Assembly (NCBI GenBank): GCA_934130235.1
Contig: CAKOXU010000001.1
Location: 8,794 to 72,793, forward strand
DNA: 64,000 nt
Source: an uncultured Bacilli bacterium
GTDB lineage: Bacteria; Bacillota_I; Bacilli_A; RF39; UBA660
Reading direction: 5' to 3'
Shown here: positions 49,570 to 60,458 of the stretch, piece by piece
How positions within the stretch are numbered: the stretch's first letter is position 1
How the letters are laid out: each line of letters starts with the position of its first letter
The notes under the pieces: model-generated
The model's input: the letters and a program-made list of their open reading frames with translations, nothing else
Told to the model about the DNA's origin: nothing
The model's database searches: none
Translations under genes and position numbers: made by a program

Positions 49570-51687
49570 ATGAATAATAATTACGAAGAAAACTTAGAAA
49601 ACGTGTTAGAAAAATATGGTAGAGATATAACTTCAGATGCCAAAGATGGAAAATTAGATCCAGTTATTGGTAGAGACGAAGAAATACGTAATATTACTAG
49701 GATTCTATCAAGAAAAACTAAAAATAATCCCGTTTTAATTGGTGAACCTGGTGTGGGTAAAACAGCTATTGTAGAAGGTTTAGCACAAAGAATAATTAAA
49801 GGAGATGTTCCTACTAGCCTAAAAGAAAAAACAATATGGGAACTAGATATGGGAGCATTGATTGCTGGTGCAAAATATAGAGGTGAATTTGAAGAGAGAC
49901 TTAAAGCAGTCCTAAAAGAAATTAAAGATTCTGATGGAAAGATAATTCTTTTTATAGATGAAATACACTTAATAGTAGGAGCTGGAGCTTTAGAAGGAGC
50001 AATGGATGCTGGCAACCTACTTAAGCCAATGCTTGCTAGAGGCGAAATTTTATGTATTGGAGCCACTACTCTAAATGAGTATAGAAAATATATAGAAAAA
50101 GATGGTGCTCTTGAACGTAGATTTCAAAAAGTATTAGTAAATGCTCCATCAGTTATAGACACAATAACTATATTAAGAGGTCTTAAACCAAAATTTGAAG
50201 TATATCATGGAGTTTCTATTAAAGATAAAGCACTTATAGCAGCTGCAACATTATCCGACAGATATATAACTGATAGATTTTTACCTGATAAAGCCATTGA
50301 CTTAGTTGATGAGGCATGCGCTACTATAAAAGTACAAATGGAATCAGTTCCTACAGAACTTGATACACTAACAAGAGAAATTATGCAACTTCAAATAGAA
50401 AAAGAAGCATTAAAAAAAGAAAAAGATGAACTATCTAAAAACAGAATTAATGAAATAAATAAGGATTTAGAAAAGTTAAAAGAAAGAGAAAACAAGCTTA
50501 GAAAAGATTGGGAAGAAGAAAAAAACATCAACACTAAAATCAGCAAAAAAAAGGAAGAAATTGAAAAAGTCAATTTTGATTTATCAAAAGCTGAAGATAA
50601 TTATGATTATGAAAAAGCTGCTATATTAAGGCACGGAACTTTGCCAAAACTACAAAAAGAATTAGATGATTTAAACGAAAAAAATAAAAATGATATATTA
50701 AGTGATACAGTAGATGATGAATCTATAGCATTAATTATTTCAAAATGGACTAATATTCCTGTAAGTAAACTAGTTGGTGGTGAAAAAGAAAAACTTATAC
50801 ACTTAAAAGAAAATATGAAAAAAAGAGTAAAAGGTCAAGATCAAGCACTTGAACTAGTTTCTGAAGCTATTAAAAGAGCACGTGCTGGAATCAAAGATCC
50901 AAATAGACCAATTGGATCATTTATATTTTTAGGACCTACAGGTGTTGGTAAAACAGAAGTAGCTCGTACATTAGCAAACGAATTATTTGATGACGAAAAA
51001 CATATAGTAAGAATTGATATGAGTGAATATATGGAAGCACATTCTGTATCTAGATTAGTTGGAGCTCCTCCAGGCTATGTTGGATACGATGAAGGTGGAC
51101 AATTAACTGAAGCTGTAAGAAGAAATCCATATAGCATTGTCTTATTTGATGAAATTGAAAAAGCGCATAAAGATGTTTTTAATATTTTATTACAAATATT
51201 AGATGATGGTAGAATAACTGATTCTCAAGGAAGAACAGTTGATTTTAAAAACACTATAATTATTATGACATCTAATCTTGGCAGTGAATATGTTTTGGAA
51301 AATAATGATCAATCTAATAAACTAGTTATGGATGAATTAAGACATACTTTTAAGCCTGAATTTATTAATAGAATAGATGAAATAATTATTTTTAATCCTT
51401 TAAATAAAAATACACTTTATGAAATATTAGATAATATAATAAAAAATATAGAAAAAAGGCTTAGCAACATTAATATAAAAATTATATTAACTGATAAAGC
51501 TAAAAAGTATATTATAGATAATTCATTTGACGAAAAATATGGGGCAAGACCTATGAAAAGATTTGTAAGTAAAAATATTGAGTCTATACTTGCCAACGAT
51601 ATAATCAATGACAACATTCAATTTGGTGACCATATTACTATTGATATTAATAATGATAATTTTTATATAAAAAAAGCAATTAATTAA
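49570..51687 (+). CDS. clpB: ClpB-type disaggregase lacking the N-terminal domain
   Basis: Starts at the AAA-1 linker LEKYGRDIT. Two Walker A motifs, GEPGVGKT and GPTGVGKT, and a long coiled-coil M-domain. There is no coding room upstream for an N-domain. Confidence 0.9.
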   Translation: MNNNYEENLENVLEKYGRDITSDAKDGKLDPVIGRDEEIRNITRILSRKTKNNPVLIGEPGVGKTAIVEGLAQRIIKGDVPTSLKEKTIWELDMGALIAGAKYRGEFEERLKAVLKEIKDSDGKIILFIDEIHLIVGAGALEGAMDAGNLLKPMLARGEILCIGATTLNEYRKYIEKDGALERRFQKVLVNAPSVIDTITILRGLKPKFEVYHGVSIKDKALIAAATLSDRYITDRFLPDKAIDLVDEACATIKVQMESVPTELDTLTREIMQLQIEKEALKKEKDELSKNRINEINKDLEKLKERENKLRKDWEEEKNINTKISKKKEEIEKVNFDLSKAEDNYDYEKAAILRHGTLPKLQKELDDLNEKNKNDILSDTVDDESIALIISKWTNIPVSKLVGGEKEKLIHLKENMKKRVKGQDQALELVSEAIKRARAGIKDPNRPIGSFIFLGPTGVGKTEVARTLANELFDDEKHIVRIDMSEYMEAHSVSRLVGAPPGYVGYDEGGQLTEAVRRNPYSIVLFDEIEKAHKDVFNILLQILDDGRITDSQGRTVDFKNTIIIMTSNLGSEYVLENNDQSNKLVMDELRHTFKPEFINRIDEIIIFNPLNKNTLYEILDNIIKNIEKRLSNINIKIILTDKAKKYIIDNSFDEKYGARPMKRFVSKNIESILANDIINDNIQFGDHITIDINNDNFYIKKAIN

Positions 51688-54600
51688 TAATTGCTTTTTT
51701 TAATATATCTATCATATCTATTAAATAATATATAAAATGTTTATCTAAATTAACAGTATCAAGAGTTATAGTTAATTCATTATTTTTCATTGAAAATCTA
51801 AATTTTCTAGTTAAAGAAATAACATCTAAAAACAATTTTTCGCCATCTATTTTATTGCTTAGTTCTTTATTAAATGTTATAGATATAAAATTTTTTGTTT
51901 GTTGAACTTTTTTAACATTCAAATTACTCATTTCATGCTCAAATAATTCTTCATACATATATATAATAACACTCTCATCCAAACTTCCAAATCTATCTTC
52001 TAGTTCACTTTTGATTTTATTAAGAGATGATTTTGAATTAATACTATTAATTTTTTTATGAATTTCAATTTTGACATCTTCTTCTTTAGCATACTTATCA
52101 TCTATTGTTGTTTCTACTTCTACTAGAGGTTGAGAGTTATTCTCTTCGTTAGATACTTCAATACCTTTAAGTTTTTTTACTTCAATATCAAGCATTTCAA
52201 GAAATAATTCAACTCCAACACTATCTATAAATCCAGACTGTTCTTGACCAAGTATATCTCCAGCACCACGTATAGATAAATCACGCATTGCTATACTAAA
52301 TCCACTTCCCAATTCAGTAAATTCTTTTATAACATTTAGTCTTTTTTTGGCTACATCACTAAGAACTTTACCTTTATTATACATTAAATAAGTATAAGCA
52401 ATTTTATTTGATCTACCTACTCTACCTCTTATTTGATATAGCTGAGATAAGCCATATTTATCGGCATCCATAATTATCAACGTGTTAACATTTGGTATAT
52501 CAATTCCTGTTTCAATTATAGTAGTACATAAAAGAACATCAAATTCATTATTCATAAACCTATACATGACGTCTTCTAATTCTTCTTTAGCCATTTTACC
52601 ATGCCCACAAGTTATCCTAGCTTCAGGCACTAAATTTTTAAGTTGATAAAGTTTTTCATCCATATTTTTTATATCATTATATAAAATAAAAATTTGTCCC
52701 TTACGCGCTAGTTCCTTATATATAGCATCTTTAATCACATTTACGTTTTCTTCTAACACATAAGTCTGAATAGGATATCTATCCACTGGTGGAGTTTCTA
52801 TTAAAGATAAACTTCTAACACCAGACAAAGACATTTGTAAGGTCCTAGGAATTGGTGTTGCTGATAAAGTTAAAACATCTATATTATTCTTTAAGGATTT
52901 AATTTTTTCTTTATGTTTAACACCAAATCTCTGTTCCTCATCTACTATAAGTAATCCTAATCTTTTACATATGACATCATCTGATAAAATCCTGTGTGTA
53001 CCTATCAACATATCAATTTTACCATCTTTTAAATCTTTTAAAATTTCTTTTTGTTTTTTTAATGAAACAAATCTATTCAAAAGTTCAATACGGACTGGAA
53101 ATTCTTTAAATCGCGATATAGCATTCTCATAGTGCTGACGTGAAAGTATAGTTGTAGGACAAAGAAATAATACTTGTTTATTAGAAATAATAGCTTTAAA
53201 TGCCGCCCTAAATGCTACTTCGGTTTTACCATACCCAACATCACCACAAAGTAATCTATCCATTGGAACACTTTTTTCCATATCATTTTTTATTTCTTTA
53301 ATTGCTTTTAACTGATCTGGTGTTTCAGTATACTGAAATTGATTTTCAAATTCAATTTGATCATCATTATCTTTATCAAAGGCATATCCTATAGAAGTTT
53401 CCCTTTCAGAATATAATTTTAATAAATCTTGTGCTATTGATTCAATTTTCTTTTGTATATGAAGTTTTGTCTTTTTCCATTCAGTACCACCTAATTTACT
53501 CAATTTAGGAATTTTTCCATCATTTGAAGAGTATTTATTTATAAGCTCCAGTTTTTCTACTGGAATATAAAGTTTATCAGAATTCTTATATTCTATAGTT
53601 AAATAGTCTTTTTTCAAGCCATTTTTTGTAAGCGTTTTTATTCCTTTATAAATACCTATGCCGTTTTGCAAATGGACCACATAATCACCAATATTAAGTT
53701 TATTAATATCTCTAATTTTAGTTCCTATTTTAAATTTAGACTTATAAGAAACATCCACATCCTTTTTATTAAATAATTCATACTCAGAAATAACAACATA
53801 TCTATCAATAATATAACCTTGTTTTATATTGGCAACTACTATATTTACATTATTTTCTATTATATTATTAATATTAGTAATTACGCCATCTATATATTCA
53901 TTTACTTTGTTAATTTTATATCTATCAGATAAACATAGAATAACTGTTTTTTTATCTTTAATATACTGTTTTAACAATCTATTAATAGCATCAAATCCTT
54001 TAGAAAAATTACTAAGTTCAAATGCTTTATAATCAATCACATTCTTATTTAATACTTCATTATCAAAAGATACAAAATCAATAATATTTTTATAATTTAA
54101 ATCTAATTGAGCCATAAACATAACCTTATTAGATATTTCATTATTTTTTTTATAATCATTTATTTCATCAATTAATAATTTATAATTAGTCAAAAGATTG
54201 TTTCTCTCATTAACAACAATAATAGGATTATTTAGATAATCTGTTATAGTATTTATTCCTTCATACTTTACAATATCGCGTTGTTTTTCATAATCAACTA
54301 CTTCACGTGTTATAAACTCACTATTTGGCTTAATAGTAATTTCTGTTATTGTTTTTTTTGACATTTGAGTATCAACATTAAACTCACTAATACGTTCTAC
54401 TTCATCACCCCAAAATTCAATCCTAATAGCATCGTTTGAATCAATGGGAAATACATCAATAATATAGCCTCTGACAGCCATTTCACCCGTTTTATTTACT
54501 AATGATTCTTTTTGATATCCTAAATTGTATAAACTTTCAATAATTTTATTAAAATTATACTCATTACCAATTTTAATATTTAAAAAAGAATTTTTATACG

Positions 54601-54949
54601 TAGTTAACCTTGGTAAAAACCTTAAAAAACCCATTATATTAGTTATTACTATTCTATTTTCATTTATAATATCATTCAACGTCGTTAATCTCATATACTT
54701 AAACTCTGGACTAATTGCAAGAGCTTCACTAGTTAAAAAGTCATCCATTGGAAAAAAGGATACCTTATCAGTATAATTTAGTACGGTTTGATATATTCTA
54801 TTTGCTTCATATAACGTAGAAGTTAAAAAAATTATACTTTTATTTTCTTTTTTATATTTTTTATATAAAAATAAACCTTTTAATTCATTTGTTAAACCAC
54901 TATAATACCTATTATCTATATTATCAATAATTTTATCATAAAAACTCAT
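51680..54949 (-). CDS. mfd: Transcription-repair coupling factor Mfd
   Basis: RecG-like helicase core [19 protein letters not shown] and a TRG motif. 1089 aa. Confidence 0.95.
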   Translation of the reverse strand: MSFYDKIIDNIDNRYYSGLTNELKGLFLYKKYKKENKSIIFLTSTLYEANRIYQTVLNYTDKVSFFPMDDFLTSEALAISPEFKYMRLTTLNDIINENRIVITNIMGFLRFLPRLTTYKNSFLNIKIGNEYNFNKIIESLYNLGYQKESLVNKTGEMAVRGYIIDVFPIDSNDAIRIEFWGDEVERISEFNVDTQMSKKTITEITIKPNSEFITREVVDYEKQRDIVKYEGINTITDYLNNPIIVVNERNNLLTNYKLLIDEINDYKKNNEISNKVMFMAQLDLNYKNIIDFVSFDNEVLNKNVIDYKAFELSNFSKGFDAINRLLKQYIKDKKTVILCLSDRYKINKVNEYIDGVITNINNIIENNVNIVVANIKQGYIIDRYVVISEYELFNKKDVDVSYKSKFKIGTKIRDINKLNIGDYVVHLQNGIGIYKGIKTLTKNGLKKDYLTIEYKNSDKLYIPVEKLELINKYSSNDGKIPKLSKLGGTEWKKTKLHIQKKIESIAQDLLKLYSERETSIGYAFDKDNDDQIEFENQFQYTETPDQLKAIKEIKNDMEKSVPMDRLLCGDVGYGKTEVAFRAAFKAIISNKQVLFLCPTTILSRQHYENAISRFKEFPVRIELLNRFVSLKKQKEILKDLKDGKIDMLIGTHRILSDDVICKRLGLLIVDEEQRFGVKHKEKIKSLKNNIDVLTLSATPIPRTLQMSLSGVRSLSLIETPPVDRYPIQTYVLEENVNVIKDAIYKELARKGQIFILYNDIKNMDEKLYQLKNLVPEARITCGHGKMAKEELEDVMYRFMNNEFDVLLCTTIIETGIDIPNVNTLIIMDADKYGLSQLYQIRGRVGRSNKIAYTYLMYNKGKVLSDVAKKRLNVIKEFTELGSGFSIAMRDLSIRGAGDILGQEQSGFIDSVGVELFLEMLDIEVKKLKGIEVSNEENNSQPLVEVETTIDDKYAKEEDVKIEIHKKINSINSKSSLNKIKSELEDRFGSLDESVIIYMYEELFEHEMSNLNVKKVQQTKNFISITFNKELSNKIDGEKLFLDVISLTRKFRFSMKNNELTITLDTVNLDKHFIYYLIDMIDILKKAIIN

Positions 54950-55054
54950 TATATCCTCCTTTCACGAACAAAATGATACACTTGGTATCATTTATATTTA
55001 TAAACTCGGACCACCAAAATTATAATTCACACCGTCTATTATAAAATGTATTTT

Positions 55055-55456
55055 TTAATTAACTTGCTTTATATCAATTTTATCTTCAATAGTCGATACA
55101 ATTTTTGAATCAATATTCATATTTATAATTTGAACAACCGAACCATTTTCTATTCTAATAAATCCAGATTGTGGTTTTTTACCTTTCATATCAACTTTAA
55201 TACAATTATTTTCTATACAAATATTTCCATTTGAATCTATAGTATATAAGCCATCTATTGAATTTTTAGAATATAATTCTTCATGTGTTAGAGCTATTTC
55301 AACACCATGTATATATAATTCAACACCTCTAAGTGTGCTTGATTCCTGAGCTTTTGTAATTATATTTAACATAATTGGTACTGCGATTAGAGCTATTACG
55401 GCTAGTATTACTATTACCGCTAAAAGTTCTATCAATGTAAAACCTCTTTTTTTCAT
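55055..55456 (-). CDS. Prepilin-type (class III signal peptide) pilin/pseudopilin-like protein
   Basis: MKKRGFTLIELLAVIVILAVIALIA N-terminal cleavage/methylation motif. Confidence 0.7.
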   Translation of the reverse strand: MKKRGFTLIELLAVIVILAVIALIAVPIMLNIITKAQESSTLRGVELYIHGVEIALTHEELYSKNSIDGLYTIDSNGNICIENNCIKVDMKGKKPQSGFIRIENGSVVQIINMNIDSKIVSTIEDKIDIKQVN

Positions 55457-55460
55457 AAAA

Positions 55461-56024
55461 CTACCCCTTAATATTATATTTATTCATAACTCTATCAAAT
55501 GGTATTGATAAATAGTCTAGTATTATATTAGGTATTTCTTCTAATATTGGATTTATACATTTTAATTCCTCTGTACTAAATTTACCCAAGACATAATCCT
55601 TTGTATCTATAAGTTTATTATTTGAAATTCCTATTTTTAATCTTTTGTATTTTTGTGTGGATAAATGTAATTCAATATTTTTAAGGCCATTATGACCACC
55701 ACTGGATCCTTGGTACCTTAGTCTATATTTACCAACAGGAGTATCCAAATCATCACATATAACAAGAATATCTTCAATATTTATTTTAAAATAATTTATA
55801 AAATCTCTTACTACTTCGCCAGACAAATTCATATATTTTAGTGGTTTTAATAACATTATCCTATCATCTTTATAATTAAATTGTGTATATAATCCATCAA
55901 ATTTTTTAGAATCAAATGACACTTTAAAATAATTTGCAATTATATCCATACACATAAAGCCTATATTATGCCTTGTTTTTTCATACTCAGCGCCAGGATT
56001 ACCCAAGCCTATTATTAATTTCAT
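55461..56024 (-). CDS. pth: Peptidyl-tRNA hydrolase
   Basis: MKLIIGLGNPGAEYEKTRHNIGF. AGGAGA RBS. Confidence 0.9.
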   Translation of the reverse strand: MKLIIGLGNPGAEYEKTRHNIGFMCMDIIANYFKVSFDSKKFDGLYTQFNYKDDRIMLLKPLKYMNLSGEVVRDFINYFKINIEDILVICDDLDTPVGKYRLRYQGSSGGHNGLKNIELHLSTQKYKRLKIGISNNKLIDTKDYVLGKFSTEELKCINPILEEIPNIILDYLSIPFDRVMNKYNIKG

Positions 56025-56028
56025 AACA

Positions 56029-56874
56029 TTATCTCCTATCCAAGTTATGATATAAATCATATACTTCGCTTTTTTTCATACCACGTTCATGGGCAACTAT
56101 TTTTATTGCTTCCATAACACTATTATCTTCCAAATATAATTCAACATGTTCTTTAATTGATAAATTATTAAATTGATCTACTGAGTGATTTCCTTCAATT
56201 ACTATTACTAGCTCACCCTTATATTCATGATTTTGATCTATAATTTCTTTTATAGTTCCTCTATATATTTCTTCATATTTTTTTGTTATTTCCCGGGAAA
56301 TACTTATTTTACGGTTATTTCCCAAAATTTCACACATGTCGTTTAAAGTCTTTTTTATACGATGTGGTGCCTCATATAATATCAACGTAGCTGTTAGATT
56401 TTTTAAATTATTTAACTCTTTTTTTCTTGCACTATCTTTACTATTTAAAAAGCCATAATAATAAAATGGCATTGGAGAAATTCCAGAAGAAGTTAAAGCT
56501 GGTATAAGTGCGGTTGCACCTGGAAGACTAACCACATTAAAATTATTTTCTATAGCACATTTTGCAAGTTCATAACCCGGATCGCTTATAATAGGGGTTC
56601 CCCTATCACTGACAAGTCCAACATTTAAACCATTTGACAAATACTCAATCAATTTATTTTTGTTATTAGTTTCATTATAATTATGACTTGAAATAAGTTT
56701 TTTATTTATATCATAATATTTTAATAACTGACCTGTAACACGTGTATCTTCGCAAAAAATAATATCAACCATTTTTAATGTATTAATTGAACGTATAGTT
56801 ATATCCTCCATATTACCTATAGGAGTTGGTATTAAATATAATGTTGGAGTATTATTATAACTTTTTTGACTCAT
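56029..56874 (-). CDS. rsmI: 16S rRNA (cytidine1402-2'-O)-methyltransferase RsmI
   Basis: LYLIPTPIGNMEDITIRSINTLKMVDIIFCEDTR. Confidence 0.9.
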   Translation of the reverse strand: MSQKSYNNTPTLYLIPTPIGNMEDITIRSINTLKMVDIIFCEDTRVTGQLLKYYDINKKLISSHNYNETNNKNKLIEYLSNGLNVGLVSDRGTPIISDPGYELAKCAIENNFNVVSLPGATALIPALTSSGISPMPFYYYGFLNSKDSARKKELNNLKNLTATLILYEAPHRIKKTLNDMCEILGNNRKISISREITKKYEEIYRGTIKEIIDQNHEYKGELVIVIEGNHSVDQFNNLSIKEHVELYLEDNSVMEAIKIVAHERGMKKSEVYDLYHNLDRR

Positions 56875-56883
56875 AAAACACCT

Positions 56884-57603
56884 CTATTCAAAATAATTTT
56901 GTATTTCTTTTGTATAACTTCCATTTTCTAAATGAACAAATAATGGTGGTAAGATTTTCACACCTGGATTACCATTTTTTTTGCCCTCAATTAATAATAT
57001 ATTGGCTTCACTATCACTTTTTGGATATATAAATCTAACTCTCTTTGGCTCTATATTATTTTTTTTCATTTTTTCAACAATTTCTACAAATCTCTCAGGT
57101 CTATGCACAATAGATATAACTCCATTATTCTTTAACAGTTTACGAGCTATTAAAAACAATTGATCTAAATTTAAATTTACTTCATGACGCGCTAATGTTT
57201 TATAATCACTGTCATTGATATTTGATGTTGATTTATATTTAAAAAATGGTGGATTACATGTAATAACATCAAATGTATCTGATTCTATTTTTTTATAATA
57301 TTCATTAATGTCAGCATTAATAATTTTAATTTGAGAATTTAAATTATTAATATTTATTGATTCACATGCCATTTTGTATACTTCTTGCTGAATTTCAACA
57401 CCTATTATATTTGCTTTTGTTTTAGTCGATAATATTAAAGGAATAGGTGCATTACCGCATCCTATATCTAATATTTTATCTATATTTTTATTTAAAGTAA
57501 CAAAATTAGGTAATAATATTGAATCTAGAGAAAAACTAAACATATCAGTATCTTGAATTATTTTATAATTTCTATACCCTAATAAATCATTTATTACTTT
57601 CAT
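56884..57603 (-). CDS. N6-adenine methyltransferase, YabB/TrmN6-like
   Basis: DIGCGNAPIPL SAM motif and the NPPF catalytic motif in ITCNPPFFKY. Synteny with rsmI and yaaT. Confidence 0.75.
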   Translation of the reverse strand: MKVINDLLGYRNYKIIQDTDMFSFSLDSILLPNFVTLNKNIDKILDIGCGNAPIPLILSTKTKANIIGVEIQQEVYKMACESININNLNSQIKIINADINEYYKKIESDTFDVITCNPPFFKYKSTSNINDSDYKTLARHEVNLNLDQLFLIARKLLKNNGVISIVHRPERFVEIVEKMKKNNIEPKRVRFIYPKSDSEANILLIEGKKNGNPGVKILPPLFVHLENGSYTKEIQNYFE

Positions 57604-58390
57604 TTACATCAAACTCTTCTATTCCATGATCCTTTATATCTACTTTATATTTTTGATTTAATATATCAATATTTATTACTTTACCCTCACCATACTCTGT
57701 GTTTATTTTAGAATTAATTTTAGGCAAGTTCTTTTTTAGATCTTTATAACATTCATTCTCATACTTTAAACAACACAATAATCTACCACAAACTCCATTA
57801 ATTTTAGTTGGATTTAAAGCAATATTCTGTGTTTTAGCCATATTAATTGAAACTGAATCAAAATCACACAAAAATTTAGAACAGCATAATTCACGGCCGC
57901 ATGGTCCACATCCACCTATTTCTTTTGCTTTATCACGAACACCAACTTGTCGTAGTTCTATTCTTGTTTTATACATGGTTGCTAAATCCTTAGCTAGTTT
58001 TCTAAAATCTACTCTATTATCAGATAAAAACATAAATAATAATTGACTTCTATTAAAAGTATAACTCGCATCAAGTATCATCATATTTAAATTATATTTT
58101 TTTACCAGTTCTTTACATTTTTTTAAAGCTATTAATGCATCCTTCTTATTTTTGGCATCTATTTCAATATCTTTTTTTGTTGCTTTTCTAATTACATCTG
58201 ATAAAGATGATTTTAATTTTTTAGAATCAATTTTTGTATTTGTAAGTTCTACTGTTCCTAACTGAGTACCTCTTTCAGTTTTAACTATAACTGTATCTCC
58301 CTTTTTTAATTCAATATTATTTGGTGAAAAGAAGTATATTTTACTATTAGGCTTAAAAGTTACACCAACTATCTCAATCATTACATTCAC
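57587..58390 (-). CDS. ricT: PSP1-domain protein RicT/YaaT
   Basis: MNVMIEIVGVTFKPNSKIYFF... and a Cys-rich C-terminus. Confidence 0.85.
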   Translation of the reverse strand: MNVMIEIVGVTFKPNSKIYFFSPNNIELKKGDTVIVKTERGTQLGTVELTNTKIDSKKLKSSLSDVIRKATKKDIEIDAKNKKDALIALKKCKELVKKYNLNMMILDASYTFNRSQLLFMFLSDNRVDFRKLAKDLATMYKTRIELRQVGVRDKAKEIGGCGPCGRELCCSKFLCDFDSVSINMAKTQNIALNPTKINGVCGRLLCCLKYENECYKDLKKNLPKINSKINTEYGEGKVINIDILNQKYKVDIKDHGIEEFDVNESNK

Positions 58391-59291
58391 ACCCTTCTAG
58401 TTTAATTATTAGCTTGTCCAGCAACAAACCAGTATTTACATTATAATTTATAGTATCCTTTAATTCGTTAATTAAATTAACTTTATTTATCAAACTTTTA
58501 TTTGTATTCATACTTGCTAATTTGTTAATTTCATCACTGTAATCAACAAAAATTTCTATATTTTGATTAAGTTTAACATTTAAAGCATCTTTATAAAATA
58601 AAAGTAAGATAGATAAACCTTCTTTTGTATGTATTCTATCAAAAAAATATTGATGCCATAACTTCTTTGTGTATAAAATAGTATTAATATGATTTTTTTC
58701 ATAATTAAATATAAAATCAATCACTCTTAATATATTCTCTTTACTATTTTCATCATTTATATAATTATTAATTTCTGTTGTACTGTTATACAAATAATTA
58801 GCTATTAAAGTAATAGTATTTAAATTATTATACTTTGTTGTTTTTAATGATAATAATTGACATCTTGATACTATTGTTTGTGGTATTTGATAAATATTAT
58901 CAGTTATTAAAATACCTATTATTTCTTCTTCCGGTTCTTCTATAAATTTTAATAACGAATTTGAAGTTGTCTCTTTCATTTTTTCAATACCATTTATTAT
59001 ATATACTCTATTATTACCCATTATAGCTTTTTCACTAAAAGCCGACTGTAATTCTTCTATTTGTTCTTTTTTTATAGTTGTTCCATCAGGATGAATAACT
59101 TTCAATTCTAATAATTCATTTTTTTCTTTATTGCTATTTAATATTGAAGTTGCCATTGCTATTGAAAAATCCAAAGCATTCGAATAACCATTTGTTTCAA
59201 TAATATATGCATGTGAAAATTTATTTTTTTCAATAGCATTTTTTATAGTTTTATAGGCTATTGGTTGTGAATCTTTATATTTTTCAAGCAT
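58374..59291 (-). CDS. holB: DNA polymerase III delta' subunit
   Basis: AAA-like clamp-loader fold. Synteny between recR and yaaT. Confidence 0.75.
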   Translation of the reverse strand: MLEKYKDSQPIAYKTIKNAIEKNKFSHAYIIETNGYSNALDFSIAMATSILNSNKEKNELLELKVIHPDGTTIKKEQIEELQSAFSEKAIMGNNRVYIINGIEKMKETTSNSLLKFIEEPEEEIIGILITDNIYQIPQTIVSRCQLLSLKTTKYNNLNTITLIANYLYNSTTEINNYINDENSKENILRVIDFIFNYEKNHINTILYTKKLWHQYFFDRIHTKEGLSILLLFYKDALNVKLNQNIEIFVDYSDEINKLASMNTNKSLINKVNLINELKDTINYNVNTGLLLDKLIIKLEGCECND

Positions 59292-59304
59292 AATACCTAC
59301 CTCC

Positions 59305-59505
59305 TCAATATATTAATAAATAAATTAGTATAAGCGATAATAAACCGGGTATATCAAACAATGTAAGAATAGATACTGTAAAAATATTTATTGGTATAAA
59401 TATTTTTGTAGGTTTTATAACAATGTTATATCCATATAACAAAAAAGAACTAATTACTATTTTTTTAATTAATTTAAATATTTTTTTTAACATATATTCA
59501 CCCAA
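59305..59505 (-). CDS. BofA-like small membrane protein
   Basis: Two TM helices. C-terminal IPINIFTVSILTLFDIPGLLSLIL resembles the BofA conserved N/P...GxPG segment. Lies next to recR as in B. subtilis. Confidence 0.45.
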   Translation of the reverse strand: MGEYMLKKIFKLIKKIVISSFLLYGYNIVIKPTKIFIPINIFTVSILTLFDIPGLLSLILIYLLIY

Positions 59506-59530
59506 TAAATTATATGGGCATTAAATATAA

Positions 59531-60142
59531 TTATGATTCTTTAGAAGATACTATCATTCTGTTTTCAAGTGCTAATTCTAATGTTAATGAATCAACATAG
59601 TCCATATCTGCACCATGTGGAATTCCGTGTGCTATACGTGTTATAGTAACATCAGTTTTTTCTAATAATTTAGTTATATACAATGAAGTTGTTTCACCTT
59701 CTATACTTGGCTTAAGTGCTAAAATTACTTCTTTTATATTTTCTTTTTTCACTCTATCTATTAATTGAGAAATGTTTATATCTTCAGGATTTTTACCATC
59801 TATTGGTGATATTAATCCATCTAACACGTGATAAACGCCCATATATATATGTAATTTTTCAAATAAAATTACATCTCTTGGCAATTCTACCACGCATAAC
59901 ACAGAATGATCTCTCGATTCATCTTTACATACTTCACATAAATCATTTTCGCTTAAATTATTACACTTTATACATCTTTTTATTTTATTTTTTACATCTA
60001 AAATCGAATTAGAAAAAAATGAAACAGATTCATCACTCATATCTAATACTGATAAAGCTAATCTTTCTGCTGTTTTTTCACCTATGCCAGGTAATTTTTT
60101 AAAACTTTCTATTAAATTTAATATTGATGTAGGATATTTCAT
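59531..60142 (-). CDS. recR: Recombination protein RecR
   Basis: HhH KLPGIGEKTAERLA, a C4 zinc finger CIKCNNLSENDLCEVC and a Toprim domain. Confidence 0.95.
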   Translation of the reverse strand: MKYPTSILNLIESFKKLPGIGEKTAERLALSVLDMSDESVSFFSNSILDVKNKIKRCIKCNNLSENDLCEVCKDESRDHSVLCVVELPRDVILFEKLHIYMGVYHVLDGLISPIDGKNPEDINISQLIDRVKKENIKEVILALKPSIEGETTSLYITKLLEKTDVTITRIAHGIPHGADMDYVDSLTLELALENRMIVSSKES

Positions 60143-60444
60143 TAAAACAATCCCGTTCCTGAAAGTCCCTTTGTATATGCACCCATCTTTGTTTCTGTTT
60201 CATCTTTTATTTGATTTATAATTGTATTCATACATGCACAAAGAGCATCGTTTAGCATTTCTATATCATCTGCATCAGCTTCTTCTAACAATATTTTAAT
60301 TTCTTTTACTTCATAATTTCCACTCATTTTAATACTTACCATCGAGTTTTTAGATTCAAATATCTTGTTATTTAATTCATCCTGTGCCTTCATCATGTCC
60401 TTTTGTAATTTTTGTGCTTGTTTTAACATAGCTTGCATATTCAT
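60142..60444 (-). CDS. ybaB: Nucleoid-associated protein YbaB/EbfC
   Basis: MNMQAMLKQAQKLQKDMMKAQDEL. Confidence 0.9.
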   Translation of the reverse strand: MNMQAMLKQAQKLQKDMMKAQDELNNKIFESKNSMVSIKMSGNYEVKEIKILLEEADADDIEMLNDALCACMNTIINQIKDETETKMGAYTKGLSGTGLF

Positions 60445-60458
60445 AATATTCCTTCTTT

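Noticed and set aside
49581-50066. 161-aa minus-strand ORF inside clpB
   Set aside because: It is antisense to the ClpB AAA-1 domain.
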